DNA from: Thermoplasmatota archaeon
GTDB taxonomy: Archaea; Thermoplasmatota; Penumbrarchaeia; Penumbrarchaeales; Penumbrarchaeaceae
NCBI GenBank assembly: GCA_965234725.1
Contig: CBDDUX010000001.1
Location: forward strand, 1 to 49,582
Length of the DNA stretch: 49,582 bases
Reading direction: 5' to 3'
Shown here: in pieces, positions 41,413 through 49,582 of the stretch
Numbering within the stretch: the stretch's first letter is position 1
How the letters are laid out: each line of letters starts with the position of its first letter
Position numbers and translations under genes: made by a program
The notes under the pieces: generated by a model
Seen by the model: only the letters and a program-made list of their open reading frames with translations
The model's database searches: none
What the model was told of the DNA's origin: nothing

Positions 41413-43416
41413 TTAGGAAAAAGTCTTCTTTTGGGAAGAATACATGGATACTACTTCATCGTCAGTTGTTGCATCTGTTGGACCTTTGTCCTTTCGGAAC
41501 CTCCCGGTAAACCTTGGAAAACGAAGACCAAGTCCGGCTCCTTCTTTCAATATATTGAAGGAGCAAGTATGGATCGGGGAGAAGGTTATCTCTGCGGCAA
41601 GGACCTCCAGAACCAATTCCGGACTTGTGTATACATCAGGTTCGATCTGGGATCGGACATTTTTCCAAACTGAGACTTTGTCACCTTTCATCTCATCCAC
41701 TTGACCGATCAAATAGGCCAGATGCTCATCATTGAACCCGCTTCCCAGTTTGCAGACCGTCCTGAAAATGCTTTCTTTCTCATCCCAAGTAGCCATAAGA
41801 AGCGCTCCATAGGTCCCTTTCCTCCTTCCTGTACCATAAAACGCCCCAACTACCACAAGATCAAGTGTATCCGAGAGCTCCGACCTGTAATCATTCTTGT
41901 ACTTCACCCATAGCCATCCCCTGCTTCCAGCCTGATAGATCGATGAATCCGAAATGTTCTTTGCCATTATCCCTTCACATCCGTCCTCGAGTGCTTTCTC
42001 GAAGAATGTGTTACCAACTTCTGGATCAGTAATGACCTCCATGGTCGAAAGTGATAGGCCCCTTTCCAGGTCGATCTCCTGATCAATTCCTGTAAATAGC
42101 TCCGTTATTGCCTTCCTTCGTGAAAGGTATGGCTGGTTGGTCATATCCTCCCCATTCTTGAATAGACAATCGAACATCACAAGAGAAACAGGGACCTCCT
42201 CTATCTTTTCATCCAGGCCATACTTCCGTCCCCTTCTCTGTGAAATGATCTGGAATGGTAGAAATGCTCCGGTATCAGGATCAACTGGAACACATTCACC
42301 CTCAACTATACAATCGATCCCCTTGAAGCTACTTTCCAAACTGGATCTGACGTCAGGGAACTGGTGGGTGATATCCTCCAGCTGCCTTGAGAATAATTTG
42401 ATCTTAGTGTTACCATTTTCATTGAACAAATGGACCTGGACCCTGAGGCCGTCGTACTTATATTCGAACGCAGAGGTTCCCCCCATCTTGTCCAAGATCT
42501 CCTCAACAGAGGACAATCTCTCACCTAACATCGAACGGAGAGGGATCCCCGGTCTTACACCGATCTCCAAGACGACATCCATGCCCTCCTCACCGAGCAT
42601 CCTTCCGATGGACCCTAGATCCGGATGAACATTGAAGGTCCTTGCAAGCTTCTCCCTATTTTCATTGACCTTGCCCTTCAATTTCTCAAGGATCTCGGTC
42701 ATCATCTTAGCGGTTTCCCTCGATAGGTTGTTCTTGTCCGGTTTGGATGATACGTATATCAATTCATAGAGGGGGCCTGTCCTCTTCGTTCCTATATTCC
42801 TGATCTCGTTCCTGAACCCTTCAATTCCTTCCAATCCTTCCAGGAGGGATCCGGCCTCTTCAAATCCGGGAGTGAAGAGATAGGAAAGGGCATCTATCAC
42901 TGTCATATCGGCTATCCCGAGTCTCATCTTTCCGCATAGGATCCTGGTAATATACCTCGCTTCAAGGGGAGTCGAATCATGCAGCATTTCAGCGATCAAT
43001 TTCAGTTTCAGGTCCTGTGATGATCTTCCTCCAGCCCTGGCGATCTTCTCAAGGTTCCCAAAGACACGATCAAGGGTCAGCGGTTCCTGGAAGAGTGACA
43101 TCTGTTTCTTGGAGCCGATGATAGCCTCTGCGAGAAGACCGATATCACCCTTCTTCTTCGATAGGTCCTCTATCTCATGGAATGGGACCATTGTTACCAT
43201 GTAGAGTGCTTTCATCGCCAGTTTCTCGGCAACACCAAGTTCCAGACCTTCATATCCGGGCTTCACCTCTCCCTTTGTCAACCTGATTATCATTTCGATA
43301 TCCGATGGAGACCTATCTTTCAGCAGATCTATCAATTCATCTGTCATCTCCAATCTTCCGGAGAGGTCCTCTATCCTGCCGTAATGGGAAGCTATCTCCG
43401 AAAACGGTGTGCCCAT
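41413..43416 (-). CDS. lig: ATP-dependent DNA ligase
   Basis: EYKYDGLRVQ (motif I), VEGE, FDCL, EGIMAK, WLWVKYK, DLVVVGA, LRFPRF; PIP-like QMSLF. Confidence 0.95.
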   Translation of the reverse strand: MGTPFSEIASHYGRIEDLSGRLEMTDELIDLLKDRSPSDIEMIIRLTKGEVKPGYEGLELGVAEKLAMKALYMVTMVPFHEIEDLSKKKGDIGLLAEAIIGSKKQMSLFQEPLTLDRVFGNLEKIARAGGRSSQDLKLKLIAEMLHDSTPLEARYITRILCGKMRLGIADMTVIDALSYLFTPGFEEAGSLLEGLEGIEGFRNEIRNIGTKRTGPLYELIYVSSKPDKNNLSRETAKMMTEILEKLKGKVNENREKLARTFNVHPDLGSIGRMLGEEGMDVVLEIGVRPGIPLRSMLGERLSSVEEILDKMGGTSAFEYKYDGLRVQVHLFNENGNTKIKLFSRQLEDITHQFPDVRSSLESSFKGIDCIVEGECVPVDPDTGAFLPFQIISQRRGRKYGLDEKIEEVPVSLVMFDCLFKNGEDMTNQPYLSRRKAITELFTGIDQEIDLERGLSLSTMEVITDPEVGNTFFEKALEDGCEGIMAKNISDSSIYQAGSRGWLWVKYKNDYRSELSDTLDLVVVGAFYGTGRRKGTYGALLMATWDEKESIFRTVCKLGSGFNDEHLAYLIGQVDEMKGDKVSVWKNVRSQIEPDVYTSPELVLEVLAAEITFSPIHTCSFNILKEGAGLGLRFPRFTGRFRKDKGPTDATTDDEVVSMYSSQKKTFS

Positions 43417-43530
43417 GGTTCTTTAATGGTTATTTGATATAATAATCGATACCCGTTCCGATAGGGACAATAATGGTATCAGGGTTGAGAATGGACCCAA
43501 ACCCATTATAAACCCTCCAATTGACATACT

Positions 43531-43776
43531 ATGTTAATGGATGAATTCAGGACCTGGTTCTCAAAGATGTTCCTCAATTTCGATGAGGGGAATTTGAGGG
43601 AGGCCCTATACTGTTCTGATATGGCCCTCTACAGCGCAGAGAGGACCCAAAATGAACCTCCACACGAGGATCTCGGCAAGGTCTATTTGTTGAGAGGTAG
43701 CATACTGGACCGTCTGGGTAAAAGTAAAGAAGCAGTACACTGTTTCCGAATCGTTGAAGACCTGAAAGGGTTCTAG
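43531..43776 (+). CDS. Small TPR-like hypothetical protein
   Basis: GNLREALYC and YLLRGSILDRLGKSKEAVHCF fit the TPR pattern; ttataa box ~20 nt upstream. Confidence 0.6.
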   Translation: MLMDEFRTWFSKMFLNFDEGNLREALYCSDMALYSAERTQNEPPHEDLGKVYLLRGSILDRLGKSKEAVHCFRIVEDLKGF

Positions 43777-43829
43777 GCCAGATGGAAACCAATTTATAGA
43801 ACAATTAAATTAGCCCCTCTTGGATATGT

Positions 43830-43905
43830 GCCCCGATGGTGTAGCGGCCTATCATATTGGCCTGTCGAGCCAATGACACGGATTCAAATTCCGTTCGGGG
43901 CGCCA
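43830..43905 (+). tRNA. tRNA-Asp(GTC), CCA encoded
   Basis: Acceptor GCCCCGA/TCGGGGC, anticodon arm ttggc-ctGTCga-gccaa, T arm acgga-ttcaaat-tccgt, discriminator G then CCA. Confidence 0.95.
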
Positions 43906-44088
43906 TTTATCCTTTTTCCGTTCAAATCATCTTATTATCAGAAGTAAAAGGATCTATGAAGATCGAATTTGAATCTATATCCAAAAACCGCTTGATGCTG
44001 TTTTGAAATAGAGGAAAATTAAAATCCATTGATTTACAACAGTATCTCATGAATGGATTTTAATAGGTTGTACATTTCTCCTTAACCC

Positions 44089-45294
44089 GTGTCAAAGACC
44101 GTTCCGAAGAGGGTCCTGAAAGGCAACAAACCTCCATTCTCAAGGAGGATCATCAAGGAATCAAAGGAAATCGGACTTTATCCGTATTTCATTCCGATCT
44201 CGGGTCAGCAGGGACATAGAGTTACGATCAACGGAAAGGATACCGTGATGCTGGGATCGAACAACTATCTTGGCATGACGGAACATCCTGAAGTAAAAAA
44301 AGCTGCAAAGGATGCCATAGATAAATATGGTGTTGGCTGCACGGGTTCCAGATATCTGAATGGAACCCTTGAAATCCATCTCCAGATGGAAGAAGAACTA
44401 GCTGAGTTCATGGGGAGCGAGAGTGCGCTCATGTTCTCAACCGGTTACCAGACCAATGTCGGCACCATATGGTCTTTGGTGGGTAAGCATGATATTGTTC
44501 TCTCCGATCAATACAATCATGCTTCCATTGTAGACGGTTGCAGAATGGCAAAACCCGAGGTCCTTGTCTATGACCACAACGATATGGACTCCTTCCGGGA
44601 ATGTGTATCGAATATGGACCCGGATAAAGGCGCCCTGGTGATAACCGATGGACTTTTCTCAATGGAAGGAGACTTGGCCAAACTTCCGGTGATCGTCGAT
44701 ATATGCAACAAGGAAGATATCCTGATCATGGTTGATGACGCCCACTCCATCGGGGTCCTGGGCAACCATGGAGAAGGTACTGCCAATCATTTTGGTCTGG
44801 AAGTTGACATCACCATGGGAACATTTTCGAAGTCATTCGCTTCCATGGGAGGCTTCATCTCCGGTAACGAGGACCTCCTTACCGATATCAAGCATTCTTC
44901 AAGGACGTTGATGTTCTCGGCCGCTCCACCTCCGGCAAATGTCGCTACTGCAATGAAGGCAATGCACCTGATCATGGATGAACCTGAACATAGGAGGAAT
45001 CTCTGGAGGAATGCCAAATACCTCAACAATGGTCTAAAGAAGATGGGATTGGATACGGGTCACACTGAAAGCCCGATAATTCCTGTGATCATTGGCGAGG
45101 ATGTACATACCGTTGCCTGGTGGCGAATGCTCCTGGATAGAGGAGTATACACCAATCCGGTAGTATACCCGGCTACCCCTCGGGACAGGAACCTCATAAG
45201 GACCTCAGTAATGGCTACTCATACAATAGAGGACCTTGATCAGGTCCTTTCCGTATTCGAAGAGGTCCTGAAGATCCTTCCTTTCGATGATTGA
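44089..45294 (+). CDS. PLP-dependent alpha-oxoamine synthase, serine palmitoyltransferase-like
   Basis: LYPYF, MLGSNNYLG, GCTGSRYLNGT, FSTGYQTN, NHASI, DGLFSMEGD, VDDAH, GTFSKS (PLP Lys), FSAAPPP. Confidence 0.85.
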   Translation: MSKTVPKRVLKGNKPPFSRRIIKESKEIGLYPYFIPISGQQGHRVTINGKDTVMLGSNNYLGMTEHPEVKKAAKDAIDKYGVGCTGSRYLNGTLEIHLQMEEELAEFMGSESALMFSTGYQTNVGTIWSLVGKHDIVLSDQYNHASIVDGCRMAKPEVLVYDHNDMDSFRECVSNMDPDKGALVITDGLFSMEGDLAKLPVIVDICNKEDILIMVDDAHSIGVLGNHGEGTANHFGLEVDITMGTFSKSFASMGGFISGNEDLLTDIKHSSRTLMFSAAPPPANVATAMKAMHLIMDEPEHRRNLWRNAKYLNNGLKKMGLDTGHTESPIIPVIIGEDVHTVAWWRMLLDRGVYTNPVVYPATPRDRNLIRTSVMATHTIEDLDQVLSVFEEVLKILPFDD

Positions 45295-45357
45295 GGACCT
45301 CATGATCTCTTAAGAAACTTAAAAATCCTTAGAAAATGTTCCAAATGCATATCTCAT

Positions 45358-45439
45358 GCGGGGGTACTCTAGCGGTCAAAGAGGCAGGACTTAGGATCCT
45401 GTGGTTAGTCCTTCGAGGGTTCAAATCCCTTCCCCCGCA
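45358..45439 (+). tRNA. tRNA-Leu(TAG)
   Basis: Acceptor GCGGGGG/CCCCCGC, anticodon arm cagga-ctTAGga-tcctg, long variable arm, gaggg-ttcaaat-ccctt, discriminator A. Confidence 0.95.
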
Positions 45440-45503
45440 CTAAATTTTCATCCATTAGTAACGAAGTGGATAATGGATGTTGAATTGGGAGGGATTTGAA
45501 CCC
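45417..45503. repeat. Long inverted repeat pairing the tRNA-Leu T arm with its 3' trailer
   Basis: gggttcaaatccct (45417-30) / agggatttgaaccc (45490-503); inner catccatta (45449-57) / taatggatg (45471-79). Confidence 0.8.
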
Positions 45504-45598
45504 GGTAGGTCTTGAGACCAACGTATTCTTTCTATCCAACAATTGGAAAGTTATTAATCGATGACAACAGATATTCAGGTGTTAAAAGGAGGTCCTTC

Positions 45599-46072
45599 AT
45601 GAGAACCGGGATAGTAATAACTGGATTGGTCGTCTTTCTGATCGCTCTCATCCTCTCGATAGTCTTATTGGCCATAGCTGGGGTAACTTATGAAACACCG
45701 GATAAGGACCCCTATAAAGAAGTCACTGGGTCCGGTAATGTGAATCTGGAAAAGGGAGATTACATCCTCTGGTCCGACGAAAAGGATGTTGAGGTATCCG
45801 TAAGAGACCAGATGGGGAAGGATATTGAGATCAATGATATGGGAATGAATGTTGAATATTCAGGTAATTATTATGTTGGAACAATCTCCATCACCAAGGA
45901 AGGTAACCACTTCATATCCACTGATACAGGTACCGCTTCGATCTATATCACTAAAGCAGATGATATGCAGGTCCAGGGTATACTGGGCGGATGTGGTTGC
46001 TGCTGTGGGCTCCTTTTCGTTCCGGCCGGATTGCTATTACTTATTATCGGGTTAATTATGAAGAAGAAATGA
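45599..46072 (+). CDS. Hypothetical membrane protein (two TM, Cys cluster)
   Basis: AGGAGG SD before ATG 45599; N- and C-terminal TM; GGCGCCCG. Confidence 0.75.
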   Translation: MRTGIVITGLVVFLIALILSIVLLAIAGVTYETPDKDPYKEVTGSGNVNLEKGDYILWSDEKDVEVSVRDQMGKDIEINDMGMNVEYSGNYYVGTISITKEGNHFISTDTGTASIYITKADDMQVQGILGGCGCCCGLLFVPAGLLLLIIGLIMKKK

Positions 46073-46138
46073 TGTCATTAATAGAACGTATACATCTCTC
46101 CAGAAAGATTGGTATCAAATGATCGCATCAGGTATCAT

Positions 46139-46303
46139 ATGACCGAACTCTGCCCAAATTGTGAGACATCATTAACTGAATATGGGAAGTACCTTTATTG
46201 TTACAGATGTTCCAAACAGTACAAGAGGAAATTCTTTGGAAAGGGCCTTAAAGAAATGGAAAGGACCATAGAGAAAGATCAGCAGAAGGCAATGGGTAGG
46301 TGA
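46139..46303 (+). CDS. Small zinc-ribbon protein
   Basis: CPNC..CYRC, basic tail; ends 4 nt before the HAD gene. Confidence 0.65.
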   Translation: MTELCPNCETSLTEYGKYLYCYRCSKQYKRKFFGKGLKEMERTIEKDQQKAMGR

Positions 46304-46307
46304 CTGG

Positions 46308-47012
46308 ATGACAATGATCAAGGGTCTTCTCGTAGATCTGTTCGGAACTATCATACCCAGACCAGATAGGAGAAGGCATGATGAGTTCATGGATTCCATA
46401 TCCGAAATATTAGGAATGGATACTCTATCAGTCAGGGAGAAATGGCATGGATCGTACTTGAGAAGGATCATGGGATCGGACGGCACTTCCAGGGATTTTG
46501 TGAGTTATTTTGTCTCTCAGTTCTCCGTTGATGATCCAGAAGGGAAAGTCGATCGTATCAATAGAGAATGGTTTGAGATCACCGATGAGCTCATGGTATT
46601 CTACCAGGATGTGACACCTGTATTGGACGGTCTCAAGACCCAAGGGGTGAAATCGGTTCTTCTAACAAATTGTGGGGCCAATGTTCCTGAGATCTTTAAA
46701 TCCAAGGCCATAGCAAAGAAATTCGATTCTGCTATTTATTCCTCGGAGGAGATGATCACAAAACCGGATCGTGATATATTCTTAAAAGGATGCGAGAGTA
46801 TTGGTCTTTCCCCATGTAATTGCGCTTTTATTGGAGATGGTGACAATGATGAACTATTAGGTTCGCGGGATGCCGGCCTTCTCACGATCAAGATTGACAG
46901 GAAAGAAGCATCGGGAGATTATATAATCAAACCCATTCCGGATTGGGATCCAACAGTATCGGATTTTTATGAGCTATTTGATATCTTGGGAATCAGGAAT
47001 CCGTCCTTATGA
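46308..47012 (+). CDS. HAD-superfamily hydrolase (subfamily IA)
   Basis: LLVDLFGTI, LLTN, KPD..IF, FIGDG..DELLGS. Confidence 0.9.
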   Translation: MTMIKGLLVDLFGTIIPRPDRRRHDEFMDSISEILGMDTLSVREKWHGSYLRRIMGSDGTSRDFVSYFVSQFSVDDPEGKVDRINREWFEITDELMVFYQDVTPVLDGLKTQGVKSVLLTNCGANVPEIFKSKAIAKKFDSAIYSSEEMITKPDRDIFLKGCESIGLSPCNCAFIGDGDNDELLGSRDAGLLTIKIDRKEASGDYIIKPIPDWDPTVSDFYELFDILGIRNPSL

Positions 47013-47916
47013 CATCCTCTATCATAAGCGATGCCTCAATGGGTTCAAGATCGAATTTGGTCGATATCGTATCCCTGATACTATCTTTGTCCTTTCCCTT
47101 CTTCAACAAATTCCTGATCACTTTGGAAATATCATCATACTTCCTTTCCAGGACCGCCTCACGGTACAATCCAGCAGCAAAGGATCCCTCGAATCCCTCT
47201 TCGGCAAGTCTATCAAGGATCGCATCCCCATCCATACCTTCATCGATCCATCCGCTTACCATTTCAAGGGCGGGTCTCACGAACTGTTCATATCCAGTGG
47301 AATTGTAAAGCTCTTCTGCGAGTTTTTCTTCAATACCTGTTTCGACAAGTTCCTTAACAACCAGATCCTTGGGGACACCTTCATCGATCCTCTTCTTTAT
47401 GGTCTCCAGAACTGGTTCGATATACAACTCGAAGAACCCCTCAGAGAAGAATTTGTCCGCCATCTTCTGTTCCAGTCCTTCGGTTACCAGCTCTTTGACT
47501 ATGGTTTCCCGATCAGTTCCTTCCTCCAGCCTCTCCTTGATATGATCGATGATCGGTCTGATGTTCATCTCGTAGAAGGCTTCTGAGAAGACTCTCTCGG
47601 CCACATCCTCTTTCGCACCATCTTTCATGATCTCGGAGACGATCTCTTCCTTTGTTTTGAACTCCACCACCATTTCCCTGGCCTTATCCATATGAGGAGA
47701 CAGAACCGTCTCTTTATAGGCACTCTCAAAAAGGTCCCGTGCGATCATTGCATCAATTCCATCGGAAGTAAGATATTCGACCGCTTCATTAATTTCCATG
47801 CCTTTTTCGATATTGGAGATCATCTTCTCCCTGGCCTTTTCAAGGTCCTCGATGTTAATGGCCTTCCCTTTGACCGTTTTGCTTCCTACCCTATCGACCA
47901 GACCTCTGTGGGGCAT
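46993..47916 (-). CDS. Acidic helical tandem-repeat protein (~6 x 47 aa)
   Basis: Repeats such as IDHIKERLEEGTDRETIVKELVTEGLEQKMADKFF and LETIKKRIDEGVPKDLVVKELVETGIEEKLAEELY; start uncertain. Confidence 0.75.
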   Translation of the reverse strand: MPHRGLVDRVGSKTVKGKAINIEDLEKAREKMISNIEKGMEINEAVEYLTSDGIDAMIARDLFESAYKETVLSPHMDKAREMVVEFKTKEEIVSEIMKDGAKEDVAERVFSEAFYEMNIRPIIDHIKERLEEGTDRETIVKELVTEGLEQKMADKFFSEGFFELYIEPVLETIKKRIDEGVPKDLVVKELVETGIEEKLAEELYNSTGYEQFVRPALEMVSGWIDEGMDGDAILDRLAEEGFEGSFAAGLYREAVLERKYDDISKVIRNLLKKGKDKDSIRDTISTKFDLEPIEASLMIEDVIRTDS

Positions 47917-47985
47917 ATCACATTCTCCCTGTAAGTGCAATACTTACGAAGGGATTAATGGTACCATCTTTAATATCGTTATGGA

Positions 47986-48729
47986 TTACTGGATAGACCT
48001 TCTGGTCTCAAAATCAGGTCCCATCTCATCGATTTTCTTCAGAAGGGGTTTGATCCCGTCCTCTATGTATGCGGAAGCAAGTCTATACTTCTCCTCCGTT
48101 GACAATTTCGAAGGATCGTTCAAAGAATGATCTCGAAGGAACATGTTGTTCGGATTGAACTCTTCAAGGAAATCCACCCATTTCTCACCCTCATCGGTCA
48201 GCCAGGGCTTCTGGAAGATCATGTAGTATTTGATGCATCTTTTTAGAATGTTCTTGATATTGATTATCTCATCATCTATCCTGCCTTCTTTCTTGAGGGC
48301 TATGGTCAACCTCTTCCTGGCAGTTATCAGGTTCTCTCTAAGCATTTGTTCCATCTGTGCCCTCAGATGCTCATGGTTGAATGATGATATACCCTTGAAA
48401 AAGGACCTTCCGAAAACGGTCTGATATGACGTAAAGACATCAAGAACGGCATGTGGAACGGAATCACCCATTCCCTCGATATCTGCCTGTTCCAATATCA
48501 GAGGATCTTTGATACATTCTTCCTTGTGATCTGTGATCACCTCACAAATGATCCTCATCTCTTCGAGACCAACATGATCCAGAACTATGACCATATTGCA
48601 GTCCTTTGCCTTATCTGGATCTCCCTGGATCTCGGTTCCAAAAACAACAGCAGAGACTACATGTCCATCGATCCTGGAATCGATCTCTTTTGCAAGATTC
48701 TCCCCCAATTCCAATATGGTCAAATCCAT
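47986..48729 (-). CDS. Nucleotidyltransferase-fold protein (Pol-beta superfamily, D-x-N variant) with helical C-terminal domain
   Basis: VVSAVVFGT..G.....DCNMVIVL, then PLIL, YQTVFG, LRAQMEQMLRENL. Confidence 0.65.
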   Translation of the reverse strand: MDLTILELGENLAKEIDSRIDGHVVSAVVFGTEIQGDPDKAKDCNMVIVLDHVGLEEMRIICEVITDHKEECIKDPLILEQADIEGMGDSVPHAVLDVFTSYQTVFGRSFFKGISSFNHEHLRAQMEQMLRENLITARKRLTIALKKEGRIDDEIINIKNILKRCIKYYMIFQKPWLTDEGEKWVDFLEEFNPNNMFLRDHSLNDPSKLSTEEKYRLASAYIEDGIKPLLKKIDEMGPDFETRRSIQ

Positions 48730-48867
48730 CACCAATGTGGTTTAGACATCATGTTGGTTTAAAAAAGTTACCACTGGATTAGTGAAATTGATTAATGATA
48801 ATAAATCCACTCGGTAATAACCTTTAAATGTTAAATGAGTTTAACCCCTCTTTACCCGCTAAAACAC

Positions 48868-48941
48868 GGGCCTGTAGCTTAGCCAGGTAGAGCAGACGGC
48901 TCTTAACCGTAAGGCCGAGGGTTCGAACCCCTTCAGGCCCG
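48868..48941 (+). tRNA. tRNA-Lys(CTT)
   Basis: Acceptor GGGCCTG/CAGGCCC, anticodon loop ctCTTaa in acgg/ccgt stem, gaggg-ttcgaac-ccctt. Confidence 0.95.
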
Positions 48942-49582
48942 CCTCTTTATTAAGGCATTTTTTAGGGTTTATTTGGGATATTTTGCCCATTTTGATCATT
49001 TTTAGAGATTTTTAGGGATATTGTAACTTTTTTAAGGGTATTAATATGAATCCATGTAAGAATGTATCTTTGATTCTAATGTCGGCAGGGTGGGTTTTTC
49101 GGGTCAGAAAGGGCCATCCTTGAAGATTTGAGAGTGAGAGATCTAACACACATGCATACATGGGTCTCGATCTCTCGATGTATGAAAAGGTCCATTACGT
49201 AGATTGGAAGAGAGGATTTAATATCTAGGAAAGAATGTAAACGGAACCTCTTCACGAGCTATAGAAATGTATTTCACACTTTTATAATTTAGCTTGCCAT
49301 AAGCACATTCATTAAAAACAAATATTTTTTTTAAAAAATTTAAAAAAAGTTTATTTGACAAAATCTCCATTTTGTAAAGGAAGTTACGTAATTTGAAATG
49401 AAATCATCATTATTTTTAAAACTTTTTTTAAAATTTTCAGTTTCTCAATCAATATATGCTTCTTTTTATGGGTTTTCTTTTATAGGGTATTTCAGAGAGG
49501 TTCAGCAGGAAGGGAAATCCATATGACAACCCTTACGCTTCATACTGCACCCCTTCTGTTTTTTCAGTAACATCTTGTAGTG

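Noticed and set aside
46969-47586. 205-aa plus-strand ORF
   Set aside because: Antisense shadow of the repeat protein, which has clear periodicity
43906-48867. Integrated element between the tRNAs
   Set aside because: No integrase and no direct-repeat copy of a tRNA 3' end; the copies found are inverted
45358-48941. Suppressor, Pyl or Sec tRNA
   Set aside because: Anticodons read TAG (Leu) and CTT (Lys) in canonical 7-nt loops; no CTA or TCA anticodon
49545-49572. ORB with G-string (minus strand gttactgaaaaaaacagaagggg)
   Set aside because: Lacks the TCCA/TACA-NNN-GAAA core and has no partner box in view

Overview
A 49.6-kb, gene-dense chromosomal segment of an anaerobic archaeon. Archaeal markers include MCM, FEN-1, ATP-dependent ligase, NAC, RaSEA, DGGGP synthase and geranylgeranyl reductase. 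The protein style suggests an uncultured Thermoplasmatota lineage (inference). Contents: (i) a fermentation block with a single-chain pyruvate:ferredoxin oxidoreductase, acylphosphatase and an operon of CoA-transferase-GNAT fusion, ADP-forming acetate-CoA ligase and DRTGG protein; (ii) large surface proteins; (iii) an atypical grpE-dnaK-dnaJ cluster; (iv) replication and ether-lipid genes; (v) tRNA-Asp, tRNA-Leu and tRNA-Lys. No CRISPR array, transposase, integrase or rRNA was seen. Best leads: a DnaK with two oppositely charged C-terminal zinc ribbons, with a shared AAC-N5-GTT operator before grpE and dnaK; an AroD-AroE fusion whose active-site residues are systematically changed; a serine-palmitoyltransferase-like gene between two tRNAs; tRNA-specific inverted T-arm copies downstream of two tRNAs; and a ~600-nt multi-hairpin intergenic region (candidate ncRNA) upstream of a membrane-spanning CARDB/winged-helix regulator. 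All family calls come from motif recognition by eye; no searches were run.
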